From an uncultured Clostridium sp. (GTDB lineage: Bacteria; Bacillota; Clostridia; TANB77; CAG-508), in contig USEM01000002.1 in the NCBI GenBank assembly GCA_900553695.1, forward strand, positions 8,471 through 72,470: a stretch of DNA of 64,000 nt, in the 5' to 3' direction. Position numbers and translations under genes: made by a program. The notes beneath the pieces are model-generated. The model worked only from the letters and a program-made list of their open reading frames with translations, did not search any database and was not told the origin of the DNA. Positions 1 through 10,112 of this stretch are shown here, one piece after another (position 1 is the first letter of the stretch; every line of letters starts with the position of its first letter).

Positions 1-935
1 CTTGCTTCTGCACATGCAATTATATAATACACTGCTAATGCTTCGTTTGCAATATCTAGTGTACATTCTTCAACTGTTGCTCCTAGTTTTTTGTATTCTT
101 CAATCGCCTTTTTTACTGCTTCTTTTACTTCTTCGTTTATTCCTTCTCCTAAAAGTTCTTTTGGAACTCCTATTTTGAATTTGCTTACATCTTTTACCAA
201 GCTTTTTGTATAGTCTTTTTTAGGCATATTTACTGAAGTTGAATCTTTTTCATCATGTCCTGCTATAACATTTAACAATATAGCACTATCTGTAACATCT
301 TTTGTGATAGGACCTATTTGGTCAAGTGATGATGCAAATGCAACTAATCCATATCTTGAAACTAGCCCATATGTAGGTTTTAAACCTACTACACCACAAA
401 GTGCTGCTGGCTGACGTATTGATCCACCTGTATCTGAACCAAGTGCCCAAGGTACCATATCACTTGCTACTGCTGCTGCACTTCCTCCACTAGATCCACC
501 TGGTGCTGTTTCTAAGTTCCATGGGTTTCTTGTTGTTTTAAATGCTGAATATTCTGTTGAAGCTCCCATTGCAAATTCATCCATATTAAGCTTTCCAAGG
601 CTAATAATTCCTTCATTTTCTAGTTTTTCTACAACTGTTGCATTATATGGTGCAATAAAGTTTTCTAGCATTTTTGAACTACATGTTGTTTTTACACCTT
701 TTGTGCATAGGTTATCTTTTAAACCTATTGGTATTCCAGCAAGCTTTGAATTTTCTCTATTTACATTTTTAGCTTGCTCTTTGGCTGTATCTATTGTCTC
801 TGTTACAAAAGCTTGTACATCTTTTTCTTTTTCATTTATTCTTTTTGCATAACTTTCTATTATATCTTCAGATGTTATTTCTTTTTTATCTAACTTTTCT
901 ATTAATTCATGTACTGTTAATTCATAAAGTTCCAT
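1..935 (-). CDS. gatA: Glu/Asp-tRNA amidotransferase subunit A, N-terminal ~311 codons (C-terminus lies outside the window)
   Basis: Reverse translation from the ATG at 935 gives [26 protein letters not shown]...[11 protein letters not shown]...[16 protein letters not shown], the amidase signature. It lies directly downstream of gatC. Confidence 0.9.
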   Translation of the reverse strand, partial: MELYELTVHELIEKLDKKEITSEDIIESYAKRINEKEKDVQAFVTETIDTAKEQAKNVNRENSKLAGIPIGLKDNLCTKGVKTTCSSKMLENFIAPYNATVVEKLENEGIISLGKLNMDEFAMGASTEYSAFKTTRNPWNLETAPGGSSGGSAAAVASDMVPWALGSDTGGSIRQPAALCGVVGLKPTYGLVSRYGLVAFASSLDQIGPITKDVTDSAILLNVIAGHDEKDSTSVNMPKKDYTKSLVKDVSKFKIGVPKELLGEGINEEVKEAVKKAIEEYKKLGATVEECTLDIANEALAVYYIIACAEA

Positions 936-947
936 GTGGGTTCCTCC

Positions 948-1232
948 TTAAATAACCTTTGGTATGCTAAACATATTGTTTTGCTTTTCTGGTGCATTTT
1001 GTAATAATGCTGCTTCATCTTCAAATGTTTTTACTTCATCTTCTCTAAAAACATTTACATTACTTGTGCTACCAATTGTTTCGCTAATATTTTCTGTATT
1101 TACTCCATTTACTATATTTGCAAAATTTAATATATCTTGAAGATTTTTTCTATATTCCTCAATTTCTTCTTCTTTTAGTTTCAAACATGCTAGTTTTGCA
1201 ATGTGCAAAACATCTTCCTTTTCAACTTGCAT
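948..1232 (-). CDS. gatC: Glu/Asp-tRNA amidotransferase subunit C
   Basis: A 94-aa ORF (MQVEKEDVLHIAKLACLKLKEEEIEEYRKNLQDILNF...FREDEV) typical of GatC, sitting upstream of gatA. Confidence 0.9.
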   Translation of the reverse strand: MQVEKEDVLHIAKLACLKLKEEEIEEYRKNLQDILNFANIVNGVNTENISETIGSTSNVNVFREDEVKTFEDEAALLQNAPEKQNNMFSIPKVI

Positions 1233-1351
1233 TCTCTCTCATCCTCTCTTTAATTTATCTTCAATATTATATACCTAAATTCGCAAAAAAACAATATGAA
1301 ACACTTGATTTTTAAGAATTTATAATATACAATAATACCCATGGAGGACAT

Positions 1352-3566
1352 ATGAAGAAATCTAGTAAAATTGTTAAAATTAATAATTCTAATATAAAGA
1401 AACTAAAGATGCTTGCAGTAGTTTTTATTATACTGTTTATTTTAATTATTTTTAGGCTTGTCTACCTACAATTTATTGATGGGCCATCTTTAAGCAAAGC
1501 CGCAAGTACTCAGCAAACCGCAACAAAAACACTAACACCTTCTAGGGGAACTATTTACGATTCTAATGGTAAAGTTTTAGCTCTTAGTGCTGAGGTTGAT
1601 ACTGTTACGGTTAACCCAAGTTTATTAAAATATACTAATGGTGATGAAGTAAAATTAGAATTTGTTGCACAGTCTTTTAGTAATATATTCGGCTTAGAAT
1701 ATGCTGATATTTATAATAAACTAACATCTAACGAAGCTACAGTTACTATTGCTTCTAAGATTGAAAATGATAAAATTCAAGCTTTAAGAGACTGGATGAA
1801 ATCTAATAAAATATATAGTGGAATTAATATAGACTCTTCTGTAAAAAGATATTACCCATATAATAACTTAGCTTGCCACATGATTGGCTTTACTGGTACT
1901 GATAATAACCGGTTTATTTGGGTTAGAAAATTCTTTAGATTCCGTTTTATCTGGTACAGTTGGTAAAATGGTAACACTTATAGACTCTGTAAATAGCGAA
2001 ATTCCTAATCAACAAAAATCTTATATAGCTGCTCAAAATGGAAGTAATGTTTATTTAACAATTGATGTAAATATTCAATCTATTGTTGAAAAATACCTTT
2101 CACAAGCTGTTGTAGATAACATTGCTGATTATGGAACTGCAATTGTAATGGAGCCTTCAACTGGTAATATTTTAGCTATGGCAAATTACCCTGATTATGA
2201 TTTAAATACTCCTTTTACGCCAACAAACCAAACTGCTTTAGCTAGTTGGAGTACAATGTCTAGCGAAGAAAAAACAAATTATTTATATGATATGTGGAGA
2301 AATAAAGCAGTTCAAAATACTTATGAACCTGGTTCTGTATTTAAAATAATTACAGCTTCTGTTGGTTTAGAAGAAGGAATTGTTGATGAAAATACACCAG
2401 ATACATTTTACTGTGCTGGTAGCGAGCTAGTTGATAATATTGCAATTAACTGTTGGAGACACACAAACCCACATTTAGGTCAATCTTTAAAACAAGCTCT
2501 TGCAAATTCTTGTAACCCATCTTTTATACAATTAGGTTTAAAAATTGGAGCTCCTACTTTATTTAAATATTATAATGCTTATGGCTTACTTTCAACTACA
2601 AATTCTGATTTTTATGGAGAACAAAATAGTATTTTTTATAATCCTAAATCTATAAGAAAATTCGAACTTGCAACAATGTCTTTTGGCCAAGGAATAAACA
2701 TTACACCATTGCAACTTGTAACAGCTGTTTCTGCCATTGCAAATGAAGGCGTTTTAATGAAACCTAGAATTGTTGATAAAATTGTTGATACAAATACAGG
2801 TAGCGTAACAACACCAGACCCTATTCGTGTAAGACAAGTTGTTTCTAAAAAAACTGCTAATGAAGTTATGGATATGTTAGATTATGCAGTAAGTAGTGGA
2901 ACTGGTAAATATGCTGATGTTAAGGGATATTCAATAGGTGGAAAATCTGGTACATCTGAAAACCTTGGACAAGGTGATGGAACTTATGTTGCTTCATTCT
3001 TGGGTCTTTCACCTACTGTTAATACACAAGTTGTTGTACTAGTTGCGTTATACAACCCACAAGGTAAATCTTTCCAAGGTGGAGAAATTGCAGGACCTGT
3101 TGTTGGGCAAATATTGTCTGAGGTTTTACCTTATATTGGTGTTGCTTCAAGTAATACAGATAGTTCTAATTATAAAACCAAAACTATGCCAGACTTAAAA
3201 AATAAAACTATTGCAGAAGCTCGTACACTTTTAGAATCTTATGGTTTTAGAGTTCATATAGATAGCTCTGTTCAAGATACTGACCTTGTAACAAACCAAA
3301 TGCCAAAAAAGGGTGCGCAGTTACTTGAAAATGCAGATGTATTCTTATATACTCAAACCTCAAATGTTGCTACATCTGTTGTAGTGCCAAACTTTAAGGG
3401 CATGTCGGTTTCAGAAGCACAAAATGTTGCATTAGAAAGCAACTTAAATATTTCGCTTGATGGTTCTGGAATTGTAATTAGCCAAGATATTGCTGCTGAT
3501 TCGCAAATTGAAATTGGAAGTGTAATAAACTTAACATTAAAGAGCCAATTAAATGGTGGTTGGTAA
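1352..3566 (+). CDS. Class B penicillin-binding protein (PBP2B/SpoVD/FtsI family) with two C-terminal PASTA domains. The frame breaks at the in-frame CGG at 1910-1912 and continues at +1.
   Basis: ORFs 1352..1966 and 1884..3566 together make one PBP with an N-terminal TM segment, the transpeptidase motifs SVFK and SCN, and two PASTA repeats. The junction reads GTDNN-[C]-GLFGLENSLDS. Confidence 0.85.
1910..1912 (+). other. In-frame CGG where the reading frame moves +1 (PBP)
   Basis: The sequence is gat aat aac CGG ttt in frame 0. The conserved protein continues as C-skip ggt tta ttt ggg tta gaa (GLFGLE). Confidence 0.8.
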
Positions 3567-3568
3567 AA

Positions 3569-3597
3569 CAAAAAAGGGGTTATCCCCTTTTTTTGTT
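3569..3597. terminator. Bidirectional rho-independent terminator between the PBP gene and lgt
   Basis: Hairpin aaaaagggg-ttat-cccctttttt with A/T runs on both sides. The +1-frame lgt stop (3580-3582) lies inside it. Confidence 0.7.
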
Positions 3598-4361
3598 CTT
3601 TATATATAAACTTGCTCCGAATAATTAGAATTACAAAAGATACAAGTTGCGAAATTCTAATAGGTCCAAGCATTAAGCTATCTGTTCTTAAGCCTTCTAC
3701 TATTAGCCTTTCTAGTCCATACATCATACAGTAAATATATGTTAGCTCTCCTGAAAATTTTCTGCTTTTCCCTTTTTTCATTAATACAATAAATATAATA
3801 AATGTTGCAATAGATTCGTAAAGAAATGTTGGATGAACTTCTACATATTTATTTGCTTCATATATGCCCATTCTCCAAGGAAGCGTGGTTTCTACTCCAT
3901 ATGCTTCAATATTTGCAAAATTCCCCCATCTTCCTATTGCCTGCCCTAATGCCAGTGCTGGTGCTAAATAATCTAGCAAATCTAAAATGTTTATTTTTCT
4001 CTTTTTGCAAAATACAATGCAAGTAATAATTCCTCCTATAATGCCTCCATATATTGCTAGACCACCTGTTCGTATGTTGAAAATTTGCATTGGGTTTTTA
4101 ATAAAGTATTTTAAATCAAACATCACATAATATAATCTTGCAGATATAATTGATATTGGAATTAGTAAAATAAGAAGGTCTATTATATCTTCAAATTTAA
4201 TTCCAAATAAACCGGTCTTTCTTCTTAAAAATTAGTATTCCCATGGCAATTGCTGATGTTATTAATAGAGCATACCAATAAATATCTATTCCTAATATTG
4301 TAAAGGCAACGGGGTCAATATTAAGTTTTAAATTAAGTGCTGGAAAAGACACTAAGTCCAA
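3580..4361 (-). CDS. lgt: Prolipoprotein diacylglyceryl transferase, with two CGG-associated +1 frame changes (4212-4214 and 3617-3619)
   Basis: The central ORF carries Lgt motifs (GGLAIYGGIIGG, GQAIGRWGNFANIEAYG, HPTFLYES, GLRTDSL). The N-terminus (TTG at 4361, LDLVSFPALNLKLNIDPVAFTILGIDIYWYALLI...KKKD) is in a different frame and joins through C-skip GLFGIKFEDIIDLL. A second CGG near the end gives ...ILII-[C]-GASLYIKNKKRG-stop. Confidence 0.85.
3617..3619 (-). other. In-frame CGG where the frame moves +1 (lgt site 2)
   Basis: The sequence is att CGG agc. Frame 0 runs about 88 further codons (CGG included) to the stop at 3353, through the terminator and antisense into the PBP gene. The +1 frame stops 12 codons later at 3580. 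Confidence 0.7.
4212..4214 (-). other. In-frame CGG where the frame moves +1 (lgt site 1)
   Basis: The sequence is aaa gac CGG ttt att tgg aat taa in frame 0. The +1 frame gives ggt tta ttt gga att aaa (GLFGIK), continuous with the Lgt core. Confidence 0.8.
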
Positions 4362-4379
4362 GTTTTTTTGCTCCTCTCT

Positions 4380-5702
4380 TTATTTTTCTACTTTTTTATC
4401 TTCAAACCCAGGTTTTCCAAGTAGTCTGAACATGTTTTTCTTATATGCTTCAACACCTGGTTGATTAAATGGATTTACTCCTAAAACTTTCCCAGATACT
4501 GCACAAGAAAGCTCAAAGAAATATATAAGTTCTCCTAAATTTTCTTCATCTAATTTTTCCATTGTAAGCATTATGTTTGGAACATTTCCTTCAACATGTG
4601 CTTCAACTGTAGCTTCCATTGCTTTTTTATTTACGTAGTCCATTGTTTTATCTGCTAAGTAATTTAATCCATCTATGTTATCTGCATCTTTTTTTATTGT
4701 AATATCTGTATTTGGTGTTTCAATATTAATTACTGTTTCAAATAAATTTCTTTCTCCTTGTTGTATGTATTGACCTAAAGAATGCAAGTCTGTAGTAAAA
4801 GTAACACCTGCTGGGAAAATGCCTTTTTCTTCTTTTCCTTCACTTTCTCCATATAACTGTTTCCACCATTCTGTTATATATTGCATTTTAGGTTCGTAAT
4901 TTACAAGTATTTCAGTTGTTTTGCCTTGTTTATATAAAATATTTCTTGCAACAGCATATTGATAGCATTCGTTATATTTTAATGAACTTTCATTATACTT
5001 GTCTTCTGCTTTTTTTGCTCCACTCATTAATTTATCTATATCAATTCCTGCTACTGCAATTGGAAGTAGACCAACAGCTGTTAAAACAGAATATCTTCCA
5101 CCTATATTATCTGGTATAACAAATGTCTCATATTCTTCTTCATTTGAAAGAGTTTTAAGAGCTCCTCTTTCTTTATCTGTTGTAACATATATTCTACGTC
5201 TTGCCTCGTCAGTTCCATATTTAGATTCCAAAAATTCTCTAAAAATTCTAAATGCAATAGCTGGCTCGGTTGTAGTTCCAGATTTAGAAATAACATTTAT
5301 TGAAAGGTCTCTATTTCCAATACATTCAAGTAAGTCGTTCAAATAATTAGGGCTCATATTATTTCCAACGAAAAATATTTGTGGTGTTTTTCTATTTGGA
5401 TTTATGTTATAAAATGTATTAGTTAAAGCTTCTATAACAGCACGTGCACCTAAATATGAACCACCTATACCAATAACTACAAAAACCTCTGAATCTTTTT
5501 TAATCTTCTTTGCTGATTTTTTTATTCTTTCAAACTCTTTTTTATCATAGTTTGTAGGCAAATGAAGCCAACCTGCGAATTCGTTTTCATCATCTGCAAT
5601 GCTATGTAATTCTTCATGTATTTTTTCAACTTTCTTGTTAAATTTTGTAAATTCCTTTTTATCAATTCCTGCTTTTTCTAGTGTTACTTTAATATTTGAC
5701 AT
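4380..5702 (-). CDS. pgi: Glucose-6-phosphate isomerase
   Basis: A 440-aa ORF with [21 protein letters not shown] and GGRYSVL motifs. Confidence 0.9.
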   Translation of the reverse strand: MSNIKVTLEKAGIDKKEFTKFNKKVEKIHEELHSIADDENEFAGWLHLPTNYDKKEFERIKKSAKKIKKDSEVFVVIGIGGSYLGARAVIEALTNTFYNINPNRKTPQIFFVGNNMSPNYLNDLLECIGNRDLSINVISKSGTTTEPAIAFRIFREFLESKYGTDEARRRIYVTTDKERGALKTLSNEEEYETFVIPDNIGGRYSVLTAVGLLPIAVAGIDIDKLMSGAKKAEDKYNESSLKYNECYQYAVARNILYKQGKTTEILVNYEPKMQYITEWWKQLYGESEGKEEKGIFPAGVTFTTDLHSLGQYIQQGERNLFETVINIETPNTDITIKKDADNIDGLNYLADKTMDYVNKKAMEATVEAHVEGNVPNIMLTMEKLDEENLGELIYFFELSCAVSGKVLGVNPFNQPGVEAYKKNMFRLLGKPGFEDKKVEK

Positions 5703-5727
5703 TTGTAAAACCTCCTAAATTTATATT

Positions 5728-6114
5728 TTATACATTTAACATCTTTTGTTTTAGTGCTTCAAATAAGTTTACATATTGATTTTTTATTTTATCATAGATT
5801 TCTCTTGATGCCTTCTCATCATATGTATGAGCTAAGCTATTTCTTGATACCATCATTTCAATCCATTCTTCTCCATCTTCAATTATTTGTTGATTAAACC
5901 CATTTTGTATAGTTTCTCTAGGACTTCCTGTAATCTCAACTATGCCCATATATTCCATATAGTATTTTATAAGTTTCCATGCTAATTCAAAAGTAAACTC
6001 AAATCTATGAAGTACGCCATCAACCACCAATTCTGTTGGTTCTTCTTTTAGAGCTTCTTTTAATCTTTCAAAAGCATTAAAGAAATCCTCTTTTTTTTGT
6101 TCTAGCCTATCCAT
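5728..6114 (-). CDS. HEPN-domain protein (HI0074-type nucleotidyltransferase substrate-binding protein), the putative toxin of a HEPN/MNT pair
   Basis: A 128-aa ORF with an Rx4H-type motif (SRNSLAHTY). It overlaps the upstream MNT gene by 8 nt. Confidence 0.7.
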   Translation of the reverse strand: MDRLEQKKEDFFNAFERLKEALKEEPTELVVDGVLHRFEFTFELAWKLIKYYMEYMGIVEITGSPRETIQNGFNQQIIEDGEEWIEMMVSRNSLAHTYDEKASREIYDKIKNQYVNLFEALKQKMLNV

Positions 6115-6400
6115 TCAACTTCACTCCTTCTTTTTTTATTGATTCTAATAGTGCTTGTTTCGTTACTTTATTAACAAAAACAACATCTATGGTATATGGT
6201 ATATCAAGAAGATCAAAATCATTTCTAATATAAAATTCCTCCTTCTCTGAAACTCCCCCATAAATTGCAATATCTATATCTGAGTATTTTTTATATCTGC
6301 CTGTGGCTCTTGAGCCAAATATATAGAAATCATAATTATATTTTTTTACTACGTTCATTACCTTTGAATAAACCTCACTTGATAAACCAAACATTTTCAT
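6107..6400 (-). CDS. Minimal nucleotidyltransferase (MNT, HI0073-like), the putative antitoxin partner
   Basis: A 97-aa ORF with a GS-X10-DxD pattern (IFGSRATGRYKKYSDIDIAI). Confidence 0.7.
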   Translation of the reverse strand: MKMFGLSSEVYSKVMNVVKKYNYDFYIFGSRATGRYKKYSDIDIAIYGGVSEKEEFYIRNDFDLLDIPYTIDVVFVNKVTKQALLESIKKEGVKLNG

Positions 6401-6515
6401 ATCTCCTATTTTCTATTACAACATATATATATCATAATTTCAAAAATTATACAATATTAATTATAAAAAAACTGCAACACTTATATGTTACAGTTTTTTG
6501 TATTTTCTTTTAAAA

Positions 6516-6776
6516 TTACATTACGTTTAATTTTTTAGCTAAGTTTGATTTTTTTCTTGATGCTGTGTTTTTCTTTATTATTCCTTTTGAACAAGCACTA
6601 TCAATTTTCTTTGTAGCTAGTTTTAAAGCTTCTTCAGCTTTTTCTTTATTTCCTTCTAATACTGCAGCTTCGAATTTTTTTACAGCTGTTTTGTATTCAG
6701 ATTTTACCATATTATTTTGTAATGTTTTTGTTTCTATCACACTAACTCTTTTAATTGCTGATTTAATATTTGGCAT
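6516..6776 (-). CDS. rpsT: 30S ribosomal protein S20
   Basis: The ORF starts MPNIKSAIKRVSVIETKTLQNN..., the typical S20 N-terminus, and has a basic 86-aa composition. Confidence 0.9.
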   Translation of the reverse strand: MPNIKSAIKRVSVIETKTLQNNMVKSEYKTAVKKFEAAVLEGNKEKAEEALKLATKKIDSACSKGIIKKNTASRKKSNLAKKLNVM

Positions 6777-6890
6777 TTCTTAGCACCTCCTTAAAGTCAA
6801 TCTAAAATTCACTTTTTCTATTGTAACACGTATTTTCAAATTTTGCAAGTATTTAACTTGATTTTTATTGAAATATTGTTATTTTTTTAC

Positions 6891-7406
6891 TTATTCTATT
6901 GTTTGTTCTTCTTTTGCCTCTTCTTTTTGCTCTAATACAGAGGTACAATGTGGGCATCTTGTTGCATGTATATTAATTTCTGTAAAGCAGTATGGGCATA
7001 TCTTTGTTGTAGGCGCTGGTACTACTTCTACGTTTTTGTCTTTTTTTCTTTTTCCAAATTTACCTTTTTTCTTTAATTTTTTAATTTCTTCTTCTGTTAT
7101 TGTTTCTAACTTCTTGTTTAATTTATTCATATATCTAACAAATAGGAATATAGAAAAAGCTATTATTAAAAAGTTTATAACAGCTGTTATAAAAGAACCA
7201 TACTTGATTGAGCTATTGCCTAATGTAAATGTAAGCTCTGAAAAGTCCATTTTTCCAGTAAAAATTGTAATTACTGGCATAATAATATCATCAACCAAAG
7301 ATTTAACAATACCTTGAAATGCGCCACCTATAACAACACCAACTGCTAAATCCATTATCTTTCCCTTCATTGCAAATTCCTTAAACTCTTTCCACATATT
7401 ATTCAC
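6891..7406 (-). CDS. mscL: Large-conductance mechanosensitive channel with a C-terminal zinc-ribbon extension
   Basis: The MscL core ([24 protein letters not shown]...IIMP) is followed by a Lys-rich linker and [18 protein letters not shown]. Confidence 0.8.
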   Translation of the reverse strand: MNNMWKEFKEFAMKGKIMDLAVGVVIGGAFQGIVKSLVDDIIMPVITIFTGKMDFSELTFTLGNSSIKYGSFITAVINFLIIAFSIFLFVRYMNKLNKKLETITEEEIKKLKKKGKFGKRKKDKNVEVVPAPTTKICPYCFTEINIHATRCPHCTSVLEQKEEAKEEQTIE

Positions 7407-7490
7407 TCCCCTTAACTTATATAATAATACCTGAAAAGTCGAAATTTGTCAATATAAAAAAAGATAGGCAAGTTCTGCCTATCTATAAAT

Positions 7491-7841
7491 TTAATCTCCA
7501 AGTCCAAAGCTTACTCCTAATGCATTATTTATCTGGTTCATTACCTTTCCTTCTTCTATATGACCTATTTTCTCTTTTAGTCTGCTTTTATCTATTGTTC
7601 GTATTTGTTCTGCCAAAATTATGGAATCTGATTTTAGCCCAAAGTCTTCTGATGATAGCTCTATGTGTGTTGGTAATTTACTTTTGTTTTGCTGTGATGT
7701 TATAGCTGATACTATTACAGTTGGACTATATTTATTTCCTGTATCATTTTGTATTACAAGTACTGGCCTAATTCCTCCTTGCTCTGAACCTACTACTGGA
7801 CTTAAATCTGCATAAAACATGTCTCCTCTTTTTATTACCAT
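7491..7841 (-). CDS. mazF: MazF/PemK/EndoA-type mRNA interferase
   Basis: The ORF reads [33 protein letters not shown]...PTHI...[14 protein letters not shown]. The RBS ggagtgaggg precedes the ATG at 7841. Confidence 0.85.
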   Translation of the reverse strand: MVIKRGDMFYADLSPVVGSEQGGIRPVLVIQNDTGNKYSPTVIVSAITSQQNKSKLPTHIELSSEDFGLKSDSIILAEQIRTIDKSRLKEKIGHIEEGKVMNQINNALGVSFGLGD

Positions 7842-7913
7842 TTCCCTCACTCCTGATTTTCTTTTTTGTTTCACATTTTAAATACAGGTAATAGAGCTTA
7901 GGTTTTTCTTATG

Positions 7914-8588
7914 TTATATGTTGCTATCTGTTATTGTTATTGAAAACGCTAATACTTCTTCCTTTGGTATGTTATTAAATTCTATCTCATTATATAATAT
8001 GTAAATTCTAACATTTTGTGTTGTATCTTTAATTTCCATTTTTTCTATCTTGTTTTCATTTTTGTTTATATATAGCGTTTTTTCCATTGTATATTTATTG
8101 TTATTAGAAAGTTTTACTTGTAATGTTACTATTCCATTTTCTTCTTTAATTTCTTTACTCTCGCTTTGTTTATAATCTTCTATAAATGATGCCAAGCTTA
8201 AAATGTTGCTTTCAATATAGCTATAATTCTCATATATCTTTTTTACATTTAAATTAGTATTTTTTATGGTTAAATCTTTCCCATCATATTGAATTAGTGT
8301 TCCTGCAATTCCAGATGGTTCAAGTACTTCTTGGCTATATAAGTTTCCTTCTTTATTGTACTTTTGTTTTACTACATACGTGTTTTGGTTTTTATTGCTT
8401 TTTATTGTTATATTAGCTTTTGCCTCATATGACCCAATATTTAAAATTAAATTTTCAATTTCATCAGCTGATTTATTACTTATATTATTTCCATTTTTAG
8501 AAGTTTTATAATTATTTTTTATTAAAATCACATCTAAAATTAATATTAACACTATTATAAATATAATTATTGTTTTCTTGAATTTCAA
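7914..8588 (-). CDS. Membrane-anchored LolA-fold/YdcC-like sporulation protein (hypothetical)
   Basis: A 224-aa ORF with an N-terminal TM segment. Its position upstream of the mazF homologue mirrors B. subtilis ydcC. The family assignment is tentative. Confidence 0.4.
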   Translation of the reverse strand: MKFKKTIIIFIIVLILILDVILIKNNYKTSKNGNNISNKSADEIENLILNIGSYEAKANITIKSNKNQNTYVVKQKYNKEGNLYSQEVLEPSGIAGTLIQYDGKDLTIKNTNLNVKKIYENYSYIESNILSLASFIEDYKQSESKEIKEENGIVTLQVKLSNNNKYTMEKTLYINKNENKIEKMEIKDTTQNVRIYILYNEIEFNNIPKEEVLAFSITITDSNI

Positions 8589-8684
8589 GCTTAATCATTC
8601 CCTTCTATATTTATATTTGTTACAATAATTATATTAAATCACAAAAAAAATATGCAGACCTAAAACTTTAGGTCTGCTTAAAAA

Positions 8685-9140
8685 TTATTCTTCATCTTCA
8701 GCCATATCTTTTATTAATTCTAATTGAGATATAAGCAATGATTCCATTTTTGCTTTATATACGCTAAATTGCTTTTTTAGTTCATCTAGTTCTTTTTCTT
8801 TAATCATAAGTTGTGTGTTAATTTCATCTAGCTTTGTTTTTGCTTGATATTCAGCATCTTTGATTATTTGTTCTGCTTGTTTCTTTGCAACATTTTGAAC
8901 CTCATCTGCTGTTTTTTGTGCTATTATAAGTGTATTTTGAAGTGTAGATTCTATATCTTTGTATTGTCCAACATCATTATGAAGTTCTTCTGCATTGTCT
9001 TTTAATGCTTTATTTTCTTTGTATAATTTTTCATAATCTGCTGTAATTTCATCTAAAAATTCATCTACTTCATCTACGTTATATCCATTTACCATTTGTT
9101 TTGAGAATTTTTTGTTTTCTATATCTAGTGGTGTTATCAT
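8685..9140 (-). CDS. divIVA: Cell-division/septum-site protein DivIVA
   Basis: The ORF starts MITPLDIENKKFSKQMVNGYNVDEVDEFLDEI and continues into a coiled coil. Confidence 0.9.
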   Translation of the reverse strand: MITPLDIENKKFSKQMVNGYNVDEVDEFLDEITADYEKLYKENKALKDNAEELHNDVGQYKDIESTLQNTLIIAQKTADEVQNVAKKQAEQIIKDAEYQAKTKLDEINTQLMIKEKELDELKKQFSVYKAKMESLLISQLELIKDMAEDEE

Positions 9141-9152
9141 TTTTTTGTCCTC

Positions 9153-9626
9153 CTATTTTAACCAAGATACTGATAATTTATTTTTTAATTCTTCTCTTGC
9201 TAAATCACTTTCTATATCATAATTTGCAGGTGCTATTAAAAATATTGAATTTGATACTTTTTGAATATATCCATCTAATGCATGTACTGCTCCACTTAAG
9301 AAATCTATTATTCTTCTTGCAACATCTTTATTTACATACTCCAAATTAACTATTATTGACTTTTTCTCTTTTAAATAGTTGCAAATCTCTTCTGATTGTT
9401 CGAAAGATGTTGGTTGTGTTATAACCATTTTTACAGATTGAACTTGTGGCATATTTACTATTTTGCTTTTTTTAGAACCAATAGATCCAAATATTCCACC
9501 TTTTGTTTCTTCATCTTCATCTTTTCCTTCGTCGAATTCGTACACGTCTTCATTTTCAACCTCTTGGTCGTTTTCATTTGATAATCCTAAAGCATCTAAA
9601 AACTTATTTACTATCGCTACTGCCAT
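9153..9626 (-). CDS. sepF: Cell division protein SepF
   Basis: The C-terminal SepF domain reads ...ITQPTSFEQSEEICNYLKEKKSIIVNLEYVNKDVARRIIDFLSGAVHALDG. Confidence 0.85.
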   Translation of the reverse strand: MAVAIVNKFLDALGLSNENDQEVENEDVYEFDEGKDEDEETKGGIFGSIGSKKSKIVNMPQVQSVKMVITQPTSFEQSEEICNYLKEKKSIIVNLEYVNKDVARRIIDFLSGAVHALDGYIQKVSNSIFLIAPANYDIESDLAREELKNKLSVSWLK

Positions 9627-9757
9627 TTTTTTATAACCTCCTACACAGTTCCTTAGAAATACATAACTGTATATTATATAATTTTTCGAAAAATGTCAAT
9701 AGTTTTTACAAAAATTACATAAATGAAATATTTTTGTAACATTTTTGTAACATTTAT

Positions 9758-9786
9758 TTGTCTTTGTACATTTAACGTGGTATAAT
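9758..9786 (+). promoter_or_regulatory. Sigma-A type promoter with an extended -10, driving the GC-richer 9.8-10.1 kb unit
   Basis: TTGTCT (9758-9763), a 17-nt spacer, then TGgTATAAT (9778-9786). Confidence 0.55.
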
Positions 9787-9818
9787 GAATATGTACAAAA
9801 TTTTTAGGAGGTTTTTCT

Positions 9819-10097
9819 ATGTCCGTTCTTTCATGCTTGCTTGACTTTTTAAAGTCGCAGGATCTTTCCTCTCTTAGTTCAGAGGAAATGCGGGAGTATG
9901 AAAATTTGCTCATGAATGCAATAACCATTGAGCTTGATTACCCTGAAATTCATACTTACAGAGTGCAAATCTGTAGCTCTGCATATGTAATTTCGGATAA
10001 CATTTTGAAATTACTTGCTCAAAACGGTTTTCGAGTTGTTCATGGCACATACCACTCATACCTTGAATGGGAGAAATTCCTTACCACAAGACTGTAG
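9819..10097 (+). CDS. Hypothetical 92-aa protein, or alternatively a structured ncRNA. It sits in a visibly GC-richer stand-alone transcription unit.
   Basis: AGGAGG lies 8 nt upstream of the ATG. Codon usage is atypical for this window (cag, gag, ctc, tcg, ctg) and there is an in-frame CGG at 9891-9893. The unit has its own promoter and terminator. Confidence 0.35.
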   Translation: MSVLSCLLDFLKSQDLSSLSSEEMREYENLLMNAITIELDYPEIHTYRVQICSSAYVISDNILKLLAQNGFRVVHGTYHSYLEWEKFLTTRL

Positions 10098-10112
10098 CTA
10101 ATTAGCTACGAA

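Noticed and set aside
3353-3579. The tail of ORF 3353..4126 overlaps the 3' end of the PBP gene antisense, which could suggest overlapping genes.
   Set aside because: It is explained as frame-0 read-through past the second lgt CGG. The +1 frame terminates at 3580, just before the overlap.
1908-4216. An identical 14-mer ACCGGTTTATTTGG appears at the PBP shift site (1908-1921) and, reverse-complemented, at the lgt shift site (4203-4216). These form inverted repeats flanking 2.3 kb and could suggest an invertible DNA switch.
   Set aside because: Inverting the segment in silico gives ...NNRFIWN-stop and ...KDRFIWVRKFF, so neither gene is repaired. Both copies simply encode C plus Gly-Leu-Phe-Gly in the preferred AT-rich codons. 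The match is therefore best explained by the CGG rule plus codon bias. It remains a mild curiosity.
9674-9928. A minus-strand 84-aa ORF overlaps the promoter and 5' part of the GC-richer unit.
   Set aside because: It has no RBS, it crosses the sepF upstream region and a plus-strand promoter, and its composition is implausible.
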